Part shown: positions 15,885-24,370 of the stretch, piece after piece | Numbering within the stretch: the first letter of the stretch is position 1 | Layout: the number at the start of each line of letters is the position of its first letter | NCBI GenBank assembly: GCA_003169895.1 | Contig: PNAE01000007.1 | Coordinates: 1,135,222-1,199,221, forward strand | DNA: 64,000 nucleotides | Direction of reading: 5' to 3' | DNA from: Gemmatimonadota bacterium | GTDB taxonomy: Bacteria; Gemmatimonadota; Gemmatimonadetes; Gemmatimonadales; GWC2-71-9 | The notes under the pieces: model-generated | The model's database searches: none | What the model saw: only the letters and a program-made list of their open reading frames with translations | What the model was told of the DNA's origin: nothing | Made by a program: the position numbers and the translations under genes

Positions 15885-16709
15885 CTACGTCTGACACCGC
15901 CAGCAAAACACCGTGCTTCGCGCGTCGATCGCGTGTGTGCTCACGAGGCGCGTGCCGCACACAACGCACGGCTGGCCCTCGCGGCTGTAGACAACGATCT
16001 CGAGCTGAAAGCTGCCCGGCTGTCCGGCGCCGGTGACGTAGTCCCGGAACGTGGTGCCTTCGCTCGCGATCGCCGCCTGGAGAATCCGCCGGACCTGCCC
16101 GTGCAGGTTGAGCAATTGCTTGTGGGGCACCAGCCGCGCCGGCTTGGACGGATCGATCCCGGCGGCGAACAGCGCCTCGGTCGCATAGATGTTCCCCACG
16201 CCGACAACCATCCGCTGGTTCATGAGGACCTTCTTGATCGGCGAGGCGCTCCGGCCGAGCCGGTCGGCGAACAGCTCGGCGGTAAAGTCCGGGTCGAGCG
16301 GCTCCGGGCCGAGGCGCGCCTGATAGGCCTGCCATCCGCTGGCATCGAGCCAGCGCAACGTTCCGATGCGCCGCACGTCACGGTACACCAGCAAACCGTG
16401 ATCGCTGAGCCGGCACTGCAGCACGGCGTACTTCGACTCCGCGGCGGTCAACTCGCGATCGAAATACAGCAGGGCGCCGGTCATCCCCGGTTGCACGGCA
16501 AGGATGCGGGTGTCGGTGTGAATCAGGGCATGCTTCGCGCGACGGTCGACCGCGGTGATGACGCGCCCCGGGAGTTGGCGAAGCAGGGTGCGCTTCGAGA
16601 CGCCGTCGAGGAGGTCGTCATGCGACAAGGTGGCGGCGATGATCCGGCGTCCGACCAGGCGCGGGCGAAGGCCGCGGACGATGGTTTCGACTTCGGGGAG
16701 TTCTGGCAC
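15885..16709 (-). CDS. mutM: Formamidopyrimidine-DNA glycosylase
   Basis: MPELPEVETIVRGLRP N-terminus (catalytic Pro2), H2TH region, and C-terminal zinc finger CVVCG...CWRCQ. Confidence 0.92.
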   Translation of the reverse strand: MPELPEVETIVRGLRPRLVGRRIIAATLSHDDLLDGVSKRTLLRQLPGRVITAVDRRAKHALIHTDTRILAVQPGMTGALLYFDRELTAAESKYAVLQCRLSDHGLLVYRDVRRIGTLRWLDASGWQAYQARLGPEPLDPDFTAELFADRLGRSASPIKKVLMNQRMVVGVGNIYATEALFAAGIDPSKPARLVPHKQLLNLHGQVRRILQAAIASEGTTFRDYVTGAGQPGSFQLEIVVYSREGQPCVVCGTRLVSTHAIDARSTVFCWRCQT

Positions 16710-16759
16710 GAGAGAAGATAGACCGTATCTTTCCGATAACTATTTCACGGGACGCTATA

Positions 16760-17062
16760 GTGTCCGTAAAGACAGTTACCGTCGACCGCTACGTCGTCGA
16801 TACCCTGCTCGGGGACCTGGTGGGGCACGACCACCGGGCATCGTCGTTCCTGGTCTACCTCCACCTGGCTACCCGGCTGGCGGCTGGACGGCAGCGCCGG
16901 GTCACCGCGTCCTATGCCGACCTGGGGCACGGCACCGGGCTCAGCAAGAGCGCGGTGCAGGCAGCGGTCCGCAACCTCAAGCGGCGTCGGCTGGTGCGCG
17001 TGGAGCGAACCAGTTCCACGGCGACGCCGGTGTATGAAGTGCTGCGGCCGTGGAACAGGTGA
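16760..17062 (+). CDS. Small winged-helix DNA-binding protein (function unknown)
   Basis: 100 aa. SYADLGHGTGLSKSAVQAAVRNLKRRRLVRVER looks like an HTH plus wing. GTG start, divergent from mutM. Confidence 0.5.
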   Translation: MSVKTVTVDRYVVDTLLGDLVGHDHRASSFLVYLHLATRLAAGRQRRVTASYADLGHGTGLSKSAVQAAVRNLKRRRLVRVERTSSTATPVYEVLRPWNR

Positions 17063-17167
17063 GACGTGAGACGTAAGAGGTAAGAGGTAAGAGGTAAGAG
17101 GGGCGCCCCGCGTTGCGCTGGAGCCCCCCTCTTGCCTCTCACCTTTCACCTCTCACCTCTTACCTGT
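17055..17167. repeat. Tandem-heptamer inverted repeat between convergent genes (probable terminator)
   Basis: Left arm (GTGAGAC)x2 (GTAAGAG)x4. Right arm cccctcttgcctctcacctttcacctctcacctcttacctgt. Both flanking ORFs end inside the arms. Confidence 0.7.
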
Positions 17168-18423
17168 TCCCGCCACCCGATGTCCCGCCGGAACTGCTTC
17201 CCTTCGAACGTGATCCGCTCGGCGGCCGCGCGACTTCGCTGGCGTGCTTCGTCGAAGGTCGCTGCGAGCGCGGTCACGGCGAGCACTCGACCGCCGTTGA
17301 CGACGAGCGCGCCATCGTCGCGGAGCTGCGTCCCGGCGTGATAGACGGTCACGCCCGGTCCCAGGTCGGTGGGAATGCTGATGACATCCCCCTTGACTGG
17401 ATGGTCGGGATATCCCGCGGCCGCGAGGATCGTGGTGACCGCCGCGCCCGCGCGGATTCCGATCGTGGGCAGGGGTTCGCCGCGCGCGGCGGCATCAAGC
17501 AGCGCCGTGAGCCCCGATGCAATCAGCGGGACCACGACCTGGGTTTCGGGATCACCCAGCCGGCAGTTGAACTCGACCACATTCGGGGTGCCGTCCGGGT
17601 GCAGCATCAGGCCGGCGTACAGCACCCCGCGATACGGAGCGCCGCGGCGCTCGAGTTCCCGGAGCGTCGGTAGCAGCACCGAGTCGGTCACCCGCCGGAG
17701 CACGGCCGGAGTGGCAATCGAGACAGGCGCATACGCGCCCATGCCGCCGGTATTGGGGCCGTGGTCACCGTCGAGCAACCGCTTGTGATCCTGCGCAGCG
17801 GGAAGCAACCGGACTTCGCGGCCATTGGTGACGGCGAGCACCGACAGCTCTTCACCTTCGAGGAACTCCTCGACGACCACGACGCTGCCGGCGTCGCCAA
17901 AGATGCGCTCGGAGAGCATGGCGCGCGCCGCATGTCGGGCTTCGTCTCGAGTGAGACACACGATCGCGCCCTTGCCGGCAGCGAGCCCGGACGCCTTGAC
18001 CACGAGCGGCTCGGCGTGCGAGTCGATATACGCGAGTGCCGCGCCGGCATCGGTGAACGTGCGACTCCGCGCCGTCGGCACTCCGGCCGCGTGCATGACC
18101 TCCTTGGCGAAGGCCTTCGAGGCTTCGATGCGCGCACCGTTCGCGCCGGGACCGAACACGGTCCGACCTTCGGCGCGGAGGCGGTCGGCGAGGCCAAGGG
18201 CTAGCGGCAACTCCGGGCCCACTAGCGTAAGGTCGATGGCATGGGCATCCACCGCATCGGCGATGCGGTCGAGATCATCGGGCGGGATCGGGAGGTTGGT
18301 GGCGACGGCCGCCGTGCCGGGATTCCCGGGCGCGACGTAGATGTGGTGGGACGGATCATCGGCAGCGAGGGCGAGAGCGAGTGCATGCTCCCGGCCGCCG
18401 CCGCCGATGATGAGCAGCCTCAC
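17146..18423 (-). CDS. purD: Phosphoribosylamine-glycine ligase
   Basis: MRLLIIGGGGREHALALAL and an ATP-grasp core, full length. Confidence 0.92.
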   Translation of the reverse strand: MRLLIIGGGGREHALALALAADDPSHHIYVAPGNPGTAAVATNLPIPPDDLDRIADAVDAHAIDLTLVGPELPLALGLADRLRAEGRTVFGPGANGARIEASKAFAKEVMHAAGVPTARSRTFTDAGAALAYIDSHAEPLVVKASGLAAGKGAIVCLTRDEARHAARAMLSERIFGDAGSVVVVEEFLEGEELSVLAVTNGREVRLLPAAQDHKRLLDGDHGPNTGGMGAYAPVSIATPAVLRRVTDSVLLPTLRELERRGAPYRGVLYAGLMLHPDGTPNVVEFNCRLGDPETQVVVPLIASGLTALLDAAARGEPLPTIGIRAGAAVTTILAAAGYPDHPVKGDVISIPTDLGPGVTVYHAGTQLRDDGALVVNGGRVLAVTALAATFDEARQRSRAAAERITFEGKQFRRDIGWREQVRGER

Positions 18424-19445
18424 ACGGCGCCCTTGCTGCGGGCGTCGTTGAATGCGTCCCGGGCGCGATCGGTGGCTCGCTTCGCGGCAGTCTTCAACTG
18501 GTCGGCAAATTCGGTGAACTCGTTCTTGTAGTGGGCCGCGGCCTCGCGCATGTCATCCCGAAGCGGCCGGTCGTCGGCCGCGCTGCCGCGCCGGACATAC
18601 TCGCCGCTGATAATGCGCTCGTACGCGCCCGACTGAACCCAGGTCTGCACCTGGGCGGCCCGCACGACGTTCATCGGATGGGTGAGCACCAGCGTGTTGA
18701 GCACCTTGTAGACGACATCGAGGCCATCGTTCTGCGTCGCGTACTCGTTCGCCTGCTGCAGGAAGGGCTCGAGGTTGAGGTCGCCGGGGCGGACGTTCGC
18801 CGTGTTGGCCCCGCCGGCCATCTTCATGAACAGCCGCATCGACGCCGCCAGGTCCTGCGAGCCGAGCAGCTCGGCCCGGTCGGCCGAGAGCTCGGACTTG
18901 CGCGACCATTCCAGGAACGCGAGCCGGACCGGCAGCACCAGTAGCTCGAGCGGCAAGGGGAGTGCCCCGATGCTGATCAGCGTCATGATGACCGCGATCG
19001 TGGTGTAGAGAGCGTGTCCGCTGATCACGTGACCCAGCTCGTGCGCCAGCAGCGCCCGCTGCTCATCGTCGTCCAGGAGTTCGAACGCCGAGGAATGCAG
19101 CACGATGAACGGATCGTCGACGCCGTATGCACCGGCGTTGAAGATCGGTGTCTGCGTGACATACAACTCCGGGACGCGGTCCCACCCGAACGTGGCGCAG
19201 TTCTCGATGTGCATGCCCCACAGGCGCGGAAACTGGGTCGGACCACAGCGCACGGCGTTGCCCTGGAACAAGAGACGGATCCCGCGTTCCCCGCCGAGGA
19301 TCGCGATGATCTTGCGAACGACCTGGTCGACGCCGGGAATGGCGCGCAGCGCCTGCAGCGCCGCGCGATCCGCCGGGTGTTCCCACGACACCGGAGCGAT
19401 GTCGGGCAGGGTGACGCGCGGACGAGGTGCGGGGAGGGAGGTCAT
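18420..19445 (-). CDS. M48-family zinc metallopeptidase
   Basis: HELGHVISGH (HExxH) followed by hydrophobic segments. 4-nt overlap with purD. Confidence 0.8.
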   Translation of the reverse strand: MTSLPAPRPRVTLPDIAPVSWEHPADRAALQALRAIPGVDQVVRKIIAILGGERGIRLLFQGNAVRCGPTQFPRLWGMHIENCATFGWDRVPELYVTQTPIFNAGAYGVDDPFIVLHSSAFELLDDDEQRALLAHELGHVISGHALYTTIAVIMTLISIGALPLPLELLVLPVRLAFLEWSRKSELSADRAELLGSQDLAASMRLFMKMAGGANTANVRPGDLNLEPFLQQANEYATQNDGLDVVYKVLNTLVLTHPMNVVRAAQVQTWVQSGAYERIISGEYVRRGSAADDRPLRDDMREAAAHYKNEFTEFADQLKTAAKRATDRARDAFNDARSKGAV

Positions 19446-19530
19446 TGGGCGCTCTTCAGTTGGTGATCAACCGAACTACGATATTTCGCCATCGATGTTT
19501 CAAGTTGCGCCGGTTGGTGACCGGAGAGTC

Positions 19531-19674
19531 AGTGTCATCCTGAGCGAAGCAACGGCGAAGCCGTTGCGAAGTCGAAGGACCTCGGCTCCGCGCGAAAAAG
19601 GCTGGCCTTGCCTTGCGGCGCCGAGGTCCTTCGACTTCGTGCGGCCTGCGGCCGCACTTCGCTCAGGATGACAA
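19531..19674. repeat. REP-like nested palindrome (GTCATCCTGAGCGAAGC variant)
   Basis: Outer arms are gtgtcatcctgagcgaagc / cttcgctcaggatgacaa. Inner arms are gaagtcgaaggacctcggc / gccgaggtccttcgacttc. The right arm supplies the last codons and stop of the adjacent gene. Confidence 0.8.
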
Positions 19675-20832
19675 GGCGGCATCGAGATCCGCCTGCAAGT
19701 CCGCCACGTCCTCGATGCCGACCGACAATCTCACCAGCGAATCCGTCAGCCCCATTTCTTCACGCAATGCCTTGGGTACCGATGCATGGGTCATCGAGGC
19801 CGGATGGCCGATCAGGCTCTCCACGCCGCCGAGCGATTCGGCCAGCGCGAAGATCCGGGTGCCTTCCGCCACCTTGCGCGCGCGTTCCAAGCTGCCGAGT
19901 TCCAGCGAAATGATCCCGCCGAACGCGGACATCTGCCGTTTCGCCAACTCGTGCTGCGGATGCTCGGGCAGGCCCGGGTAATACACTCGCGTGACATCCT
20001 TGCGGCCGTCGAGCCACCGCGCGAGCTGCATTGCGTTGTCGCAATGCGCGCGCATCCTGAGCGGCAGCGTCTTCACGCCTCGAAGCGCCAGCCAGCAGTC
20101 AAACGGGCCCGGCACGCCGCCGGCCGCGTTCTGCAGGAAAGCAATCCGTTCAGCGAGGTCGTCGCGCGAGGTCAGCAGCGCGCCGCCGACCATATCGGAA
20201 TGCCCGTTCAGATACTTGGTCGTGGAATGCAGCACGATGTCGGCGCCGAAGGACAACGGCCGCTGGAGCATCGGCGTCGCGAACGTGTTGTCGGTGACCA
20301 GCAGGACACCGAGGGCCTGCGCCATGTCGCCCAGCGCGCGAAGGTCCACCAGGAACATCATCGGATTGCTGGGCGTCTCGCAGAACAGCATGCGCGTGTT
20401 CGGCGTCATTGCCCGTTCCACGTTCGTGACGTCGCGCATGTCGACGAACGAGAAGGTCAGGCCGAAGCGTCCGTAGATCTGGTCCATCTGCCGGTGGCTG
20501 CCGCCGTAGATGTTGTTGCCGACGACGACATGATCGCCGGCGGACAGCAGCTTGAGCGTAGTGTCGAGTGCGGCGAGCCCCGAGGCAAACGCAAAGCCAT
20601 GGGCGGCCCCCTCGAGCGCGGCGAGGTTGGCTTCCCAGACTTCCCGCGTCGGGTTCCGCGTGCGGGCGTACTCGTAGCCATGGTGCGGCCGGCCGAGCCC
20701 ATCCTGGATGTAGGTCGAAGTCTGGTAGATCGGTGGCATCACTGCGCCGGCGACCGGATCGGGGCGCTGGCCAGCGTGCACCGCGAGTGTGGCGAGGTGA
20801 TGGCTGCGGTCGGCTTCGGAAGCACGAGTCAT
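19663..20832 (-). CDS. PLP-dependent transsulfuration enzyme (cystathionine gamma-synthase / lyase family)
   Basis: STTKYLNGHSDMVGG (PLP-lysine motif) and full-length Cys/Met metabolism fold. Confidence 0.88.
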   Translation of the reverse strand: MTRASEADRSHHLATLAVHAGQRPDPVAGAVMPPIYQTSTYIQDGLGRPHHGYEYARTRNPTREVWEANLAALEGAAHGFAFASGLAALDTTLKLLSAGDHVVVGNNIYGGSHRQMDQIYGRFGLTFSFVDMRDVTNVERAMTPNTRMLFCETPSNPMMFLVDLRALGDMAQALGVLLVTDNTFATPMLQRPLSFGADIVLHSTTKYLNGHSDMVGGALLTSRDDLAERIAFLQNAAGGVPGPFDCWLALRGVKTLPLRMRAHCDNAMQLARWLDGRKDVTRVYYPGLPEHPQHELAKRQMSAFGGIISLELGSLERARKVAEGTRIFALAESLGGVESLIGHPASMTHASVPKALREEMGLTDSLVRLSVGIEDVADLQADLDAALSS

Positions 20833-21701
20833 TACGCCACCCGCCCTTCGCGGTCGGCGAAGCGGCGCCGCATGATGTCGACTGCCTCGGGATTGCTGTC
20901 GATCAGGACTACGTCGCGGCCGTGCCGGTCGGCGGCCTCGCCAAACGAGCCACTGCCCGCGAAGAAATCACACAGCCGCATCCCGGGCGCGGAGTGGACT
21001 TTCACAATGCGTTCGAGCAAGCCGACCGGCTTCTGGGTCGGATAACCGGTTTTTTCCTTGCCGGTCGGACTCACGATGGTGTGCCACCAGGTATCCGTCG
21101 GTGTCTTGCCGCGCGCCGCCTTCTCGGCGCCGACCAGGCCCGGCGCCATGTACGGGATGCGGTCGGCCTCATCGTGCCGGAAGACGTAGTCGGTCGGATC
21201 CTGCGAGTACCACAGGATGTTGTCATGCTTGGCCGGCCAGCGCCGGGTGGTGCGAGCGCCGTAATCGTAGGCCCAGATGATCTCGTTCTGGAAGCACTCC
21301 CGGCCGAAGATCCCGTCCAGGAGCACCTTGACGTAGTGCACCTCGCGATAGTCGAGATGCACGAACAGGCTGCCCTGAGGCGTCAGCAGCCGCTTCGCTT
21401 CATGCAGTCGCGGCTCGAGGAAGCCGAGGTAGTCGTCGAACGAGTCGGCGTAGCTGTGCGTTGCGACCGGCTCGGTGCGATAGCGCTGGCCCTGGAAGCC
21501 GGTCCGGTTGCCGTCCGGGTCGCGCGTGGTCACCAGCTGCGTCTGTCGGCGCGTGCGCCCGGTGTTGAACGGTGGGTCGATATAGATGAGATCGAACGAG
21601 CCGTCGGCAAAGCCGCGCAGAACCTCGATATTGTCGCCCAGATGCACGTCGATCATCGAGCCTCCGCAGCCTCGGACCCGGACGAATCTAGTGCGGATCA
21701 C
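20832..21701 (-). CDS. Beta-class DNA methyltransferase (N6-adenine or N4-cytosine), orphan
   Basis: Motif IV LIYIDPPFNTG precedes motif I CDFFAGSGSFGEAA. The likely start is MIDVHLGDN at 21656. The stop TAA overlaps the ATG of the downstream gene (TAATG). Confidence 0.85.
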   Translation of the reverse strand: MIRTRFVRVRGCGGSMIDVHLGDNIEVLRGFADGSFDLIYIDPPFNTGRTRRQTQLVTTRDPDGNRTGFQGQRYRTEPVATHSYADSFDDYLGFLEPRLHEAKRLLTPQGSLFVHLDYREVHYVKVLLDGIFGRECFQNEIIWAYDYGARTTRRWPAKHDNILWYSQDPTDYVFRHDEADRIPYMAPGLVGAEKAARGKTPTDTWWHTIVSPTGKEKTGYPTQKPVGLLERIVKVHSAPGMRLCDFFAGSGSFGEAADRHGRDVVLIDSNPEAVDIMRRRFADREGRVA

Positions 21702-21736
21702 TGCCCGGTGCTTTCGCCCCGGCTTAGTTTTCGTCC

Positions 21737-22804
21737 ATGGATGCGCCCCCCGCAGCCCCTCCTGAAACCGCGGCGACAGCCGTGCTGGTGGTCGACGACG
21801 ATTCGCTCGTCCGCGAACTCCTGGTCCGGTTGCTCACCGCGCAGGGATACCGGGTCGCGGAGGCGGACGGCACGGACGCGGCGTTGGCACTGCTCGACCG
21901 CGACGGCGAGGTTCCGCTGGTGATCAGTGACCTCCACATGCCGGGCCGCGATGGACTCGAGTTGCTGCGCGAGGTACGGATCCGCTACCCCGACACGGCC
22001 ATGGTGATGCTCACCGGCGACGGTGATGTTGCCACGGCGGTGGAGTGCCTCAAGATCGGCGCGCGCGATTACCTGTCCAAACCGGTGCAGGTGCAGGAGG
22101 TTCGTGCCCGGATCGACAAGGCGCTGGCAGAGCGCCGGCTGGCGATCGAGATGCGGGAGTTGCGTGATAGCTATAACCGGGATCTCGAGCGGCAGGTGCA
22201 CGAACTGTCGCGCAAGAACCAGGGGATGTTCCTGGCCCAGGTCCAGATGGCGGTGACGATGCTCGAGGCGAAGGATTCGTACACGCGCGGTCATTCGCAC
22301 CGTGTCGCGGAGTACGCCGTCGCCACCGGGCGGGTGATGGGACTGGCGCCGGCGTTGCTGGAGCAACTGCGCCTTGGGGGCGAGTTGCACGACATCGGCA
22401 AGATCGGCACTCGCGATGCCGTCCTCCACAAGCCCGGTCCGCTCGACGACGAGGAGTTTGCCGAGATTCGCCGGCACACACTGGAAGGCGAGGCGATGCT
22501 GAGCCTGTTGCGCGCCGATAATCCCGAGGTCCTGCACATCGTGCGTTGGCACCACGAACGGCTTGACGGCACCGGCTTCCCCGATGGACTGCTTGCGAAC
22601 CAGATTCCGATGACCGCGCGCATAGTCTCCGTTGTCGATGCCTTCGACGCGATGACGACCAATCGCGCCTATCGGGCCCAGCTGGTGGCCGAGGTCGCGA
22701 TCGGCGAATTGCAGCGGTGTGCGGGAAACCAGTTTGACCCCGCGGTAGTGGCGGCGTTTCGCTCGACATTTCCCGATCCCAACGCGTTGCCGAGCCGGGT
22801 ATGA
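21737..22804 (+). CDS. Response regulator with HD-GYP phosphodiesterase output domain
   Basis: Receiver VLVVDDD...VISDLHMPG...MLTG...LSKP, then HSHRVAEY, GELHDIGKIG and HHERLDGTGFP. Confidence 0.88.
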   Translation: MDAPPAAPPETAATAVLVVDDDSLVRELLVRLLTAQGYRVAEADGTDAALALLDRDGEVPLVISDLHMPGRDGLELLREVRIRYPDTAMVMLTGDGDVATAVECLKIGARDYLSKPVQVQEVRARIDKALAERRLAIEMRELRDSYNRDLERQVHELSRKNQGMFLAQVQMAVTMLEAKDSYTRGHSHRVAEYAVATGRVMGLAPALLEQLRLGGELHDIGKIGTRDAVLHKPGPLDDEEFAEIRRHTLEGEAMLSLLRADNPEVLHIVRWHHERLDGTGFPDGLLANQIPMTARIVSVVDAFDAMTTNRAYRAQLVAEVAIGELQRCAGNQFDPAVVAAFRSTFPDPNALPSRV

Positions 22805-22813
22805 ACACAGCCG

Positions 22814-22890
22814 CCATGAGCCATGAGCCCCCCCGTTGAGCTCGGCCAGGCCCGGCCGCGCCCAAGGCATCGCCGCATGGCTCATGGCTG
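22814..22890. repeat. Tandem-heptamer inverted repeat (CCATGAG x2 / CTCATGG x2)
   Basis: ccatgagccatgagcc ... gcatggctcatggctg, separated by about 47 nt. Confidence 0.55.
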
Positions 22891-22900
22891 ACGGAGTCCA

Positions 22901-24262
22901 ATGTCCGACACCCTGATGATCTCCGTCTCCGGCATGCGCGGTATTGTCGGGAAGGACCTTACTCCGGAACTCGTCGCCCGCCATGCTGCGGCGCTCGGTT
23001 CCTGGGTGCGTGGCCACGGCGGCACCCACGTGGTGCTCGGCCGGGATGCGCGGACGTCCGGCGCGATGTTCGCGCATGCCGCGACGGCTGGCTTCCAGTC
23101 GGTCGGTGTCCACGTCATCGACGTGGGCGTGGTCCCGACGCCCACCGTGCAGATGGCGGTCGAGCACCACCGCGCCGGTGCCGGCTTGATCATCACGGCC
23201 AGCCATAACCCCGTCGAATGGAACGCGCTCAAGTTCGTGGGGCCGGATGGGATCTTTCTCGATGCGGGCGCTGGCGCAGCGGTGCGCCGGATGGCTGACG
23301 CCGGTCCTCCTCGCGCCGCCTGGGACGGCATCGGAACGACGTCGCGCGACGAGGCGGCCATTGCGCGCCATCTCGACGCCATCCTCGCGCTGCCGGAAGT
23401 CGACGCCGACGCGATACGCGCGCGCGAGTTTCACGTCGCGCTCGATTGCGTGCGCGGCGCCGGCGGTCCCGCCATGCTGGCGCTCTTCGACCGGTTGGGC
23501 GTTCGCGTCAGCGGCATCAACCTCGAGCCCGATGGGCGCTTCCCCCGGGAGCCGGAACCAATCCCGGAAAATCTCGGCGCACTGGGTGAGCTGGTGCAGC
23601 AGAGCGGCGCCGATATCGGAATGGCGGTCGATCCGGACGTCGACCGTCTCGCTCTGGTCGATGAGACCGGTCACCCGATCGGTGAGGACTATACGCTGGC
23701 CATCGCGGTGCGCGCAGTGCTCGCGCGCGCCAAAACGGATCCGCAACCGATGGTGGTCGCGAACCTGTCGACCTCGCTGGTTGTTGCCGATGCGGTCCGG
23801 GACTGCGGTGGCCGGTTGGTCCGCGCGCCGGTGGGCGAAGCCAACGTCGCCCGCGCCATCGTGGCAGAAAAGGCCATCATTGGCGGCGAGGGGAACGGCG
23901 GGGTCATCCTGCCGGCGTTGCACGTCGGGCGGGATGCGCCCCTGGGGGCGGCCCTCATCTTGCAATACCTGGCCGTCACCGGCAGGCGACTGTCCGAGGT
24001 GGTTGGGGCATCACCCGGATACGTCATCATGAAGGCCAAGGCGCCCCGTGGCGGCGATCTCAAGGCACAATACCGGCGGCTCGACAGCATGTTCCCGGAC
24101 GCGGAGCGAGATGTTCACGACGGATTGCGACTGGGGTGGCCCGACCGCTGGCTGCACGTGCGGCCGTCCGGCACCGAGCCGATTGTTCGGTTGATTGCGG
24201 AAGCACCCACGCTGGTGGAAGCGGAAGCGCTGATTGCGAGGGCGCGGGAAGCCGGCAAGTAG
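22901..24262 (+). CDS. Phosphohexomutase family (phosphoglucosamine mutase / phosphomannomutase)
   Basis: SVSGMRGIVG, active-site loop ITASHNPVEWNALKF, and the metal loop DPDVDR. Lies directly upstream of glmS. Confidence 0.85.
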   Translation: MSDTLMISVSGMRGIVGKDLTPELVARHAAALGSWVRGHGGTHVVLGRDARTSGAMFAHAATAGFQSVGVHVIDVGVVPTPTVQMAVEHHRAGAGLIITASHNPVEWNALKFVGPDGIFLDAGAGAAVRRMADAGPPRAAWDGIGTTSRDEAAIARHLDAILALPEVDADAIRAREFHVALDCVRGAGGPAMLALFDRLGVRVSGINLEPDGRFPREPEPIPENLGALGELVQQSGADIGMAVDPDVDRLALVDETGHPIGEDYTLAIAVRAVLARAKTDPQPMVVANLSTSLVVADAVRDCGGRLVRAPVGEANVARAIVAEKAIIGGEGNGGVILPALHVGRDAPLGAALILQYLAVTGRRLSEVVGASPGYVIMKAKAPRGGDLKAQYRRLDSMFPDAERDVHDGLRLGWPDRWLHVRPSGTEPIVRLIAEAPTLVEAEALIARAREAGK

Positions 24263-24352
24263 GACAGCGTCGCCCCGAGCGTAGCGAGTGGTTAGTGTCA
24301 TCCTGAGCGCAGCGAAGGAGCGAACGCCCTTCGCTACGCTCAGGGCGACATC
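24263..24352. repeat. REP-like palindromic element (two forward arms, one reverse arm)
   Basis: gtcgccccgagcgtagcgag ... gtgtcatcctgagcgcagcgaaggagcg ... cgcccttcgctacgctcagggcgac. Confidence 0.75.
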
Positions 24353-24370
24353 ACCGAGGAGTACCGGTAC

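Noticed and set aside
20832-21701. Restriction-modification system
   Set aside because: Only the methyltransferase is present. The neighbours are a transsulfuration enzyme and an HD-GYP regulator, and there is no nuclease or specificity gene.
21698-23965. 755-aa minus-strand ORF
   Set aside because: It is antisense to the HD-GYP response regulator and the phosphohexomutase, both of which carry unmistakable motifs. Its composition is dominated by R/H/G/D.
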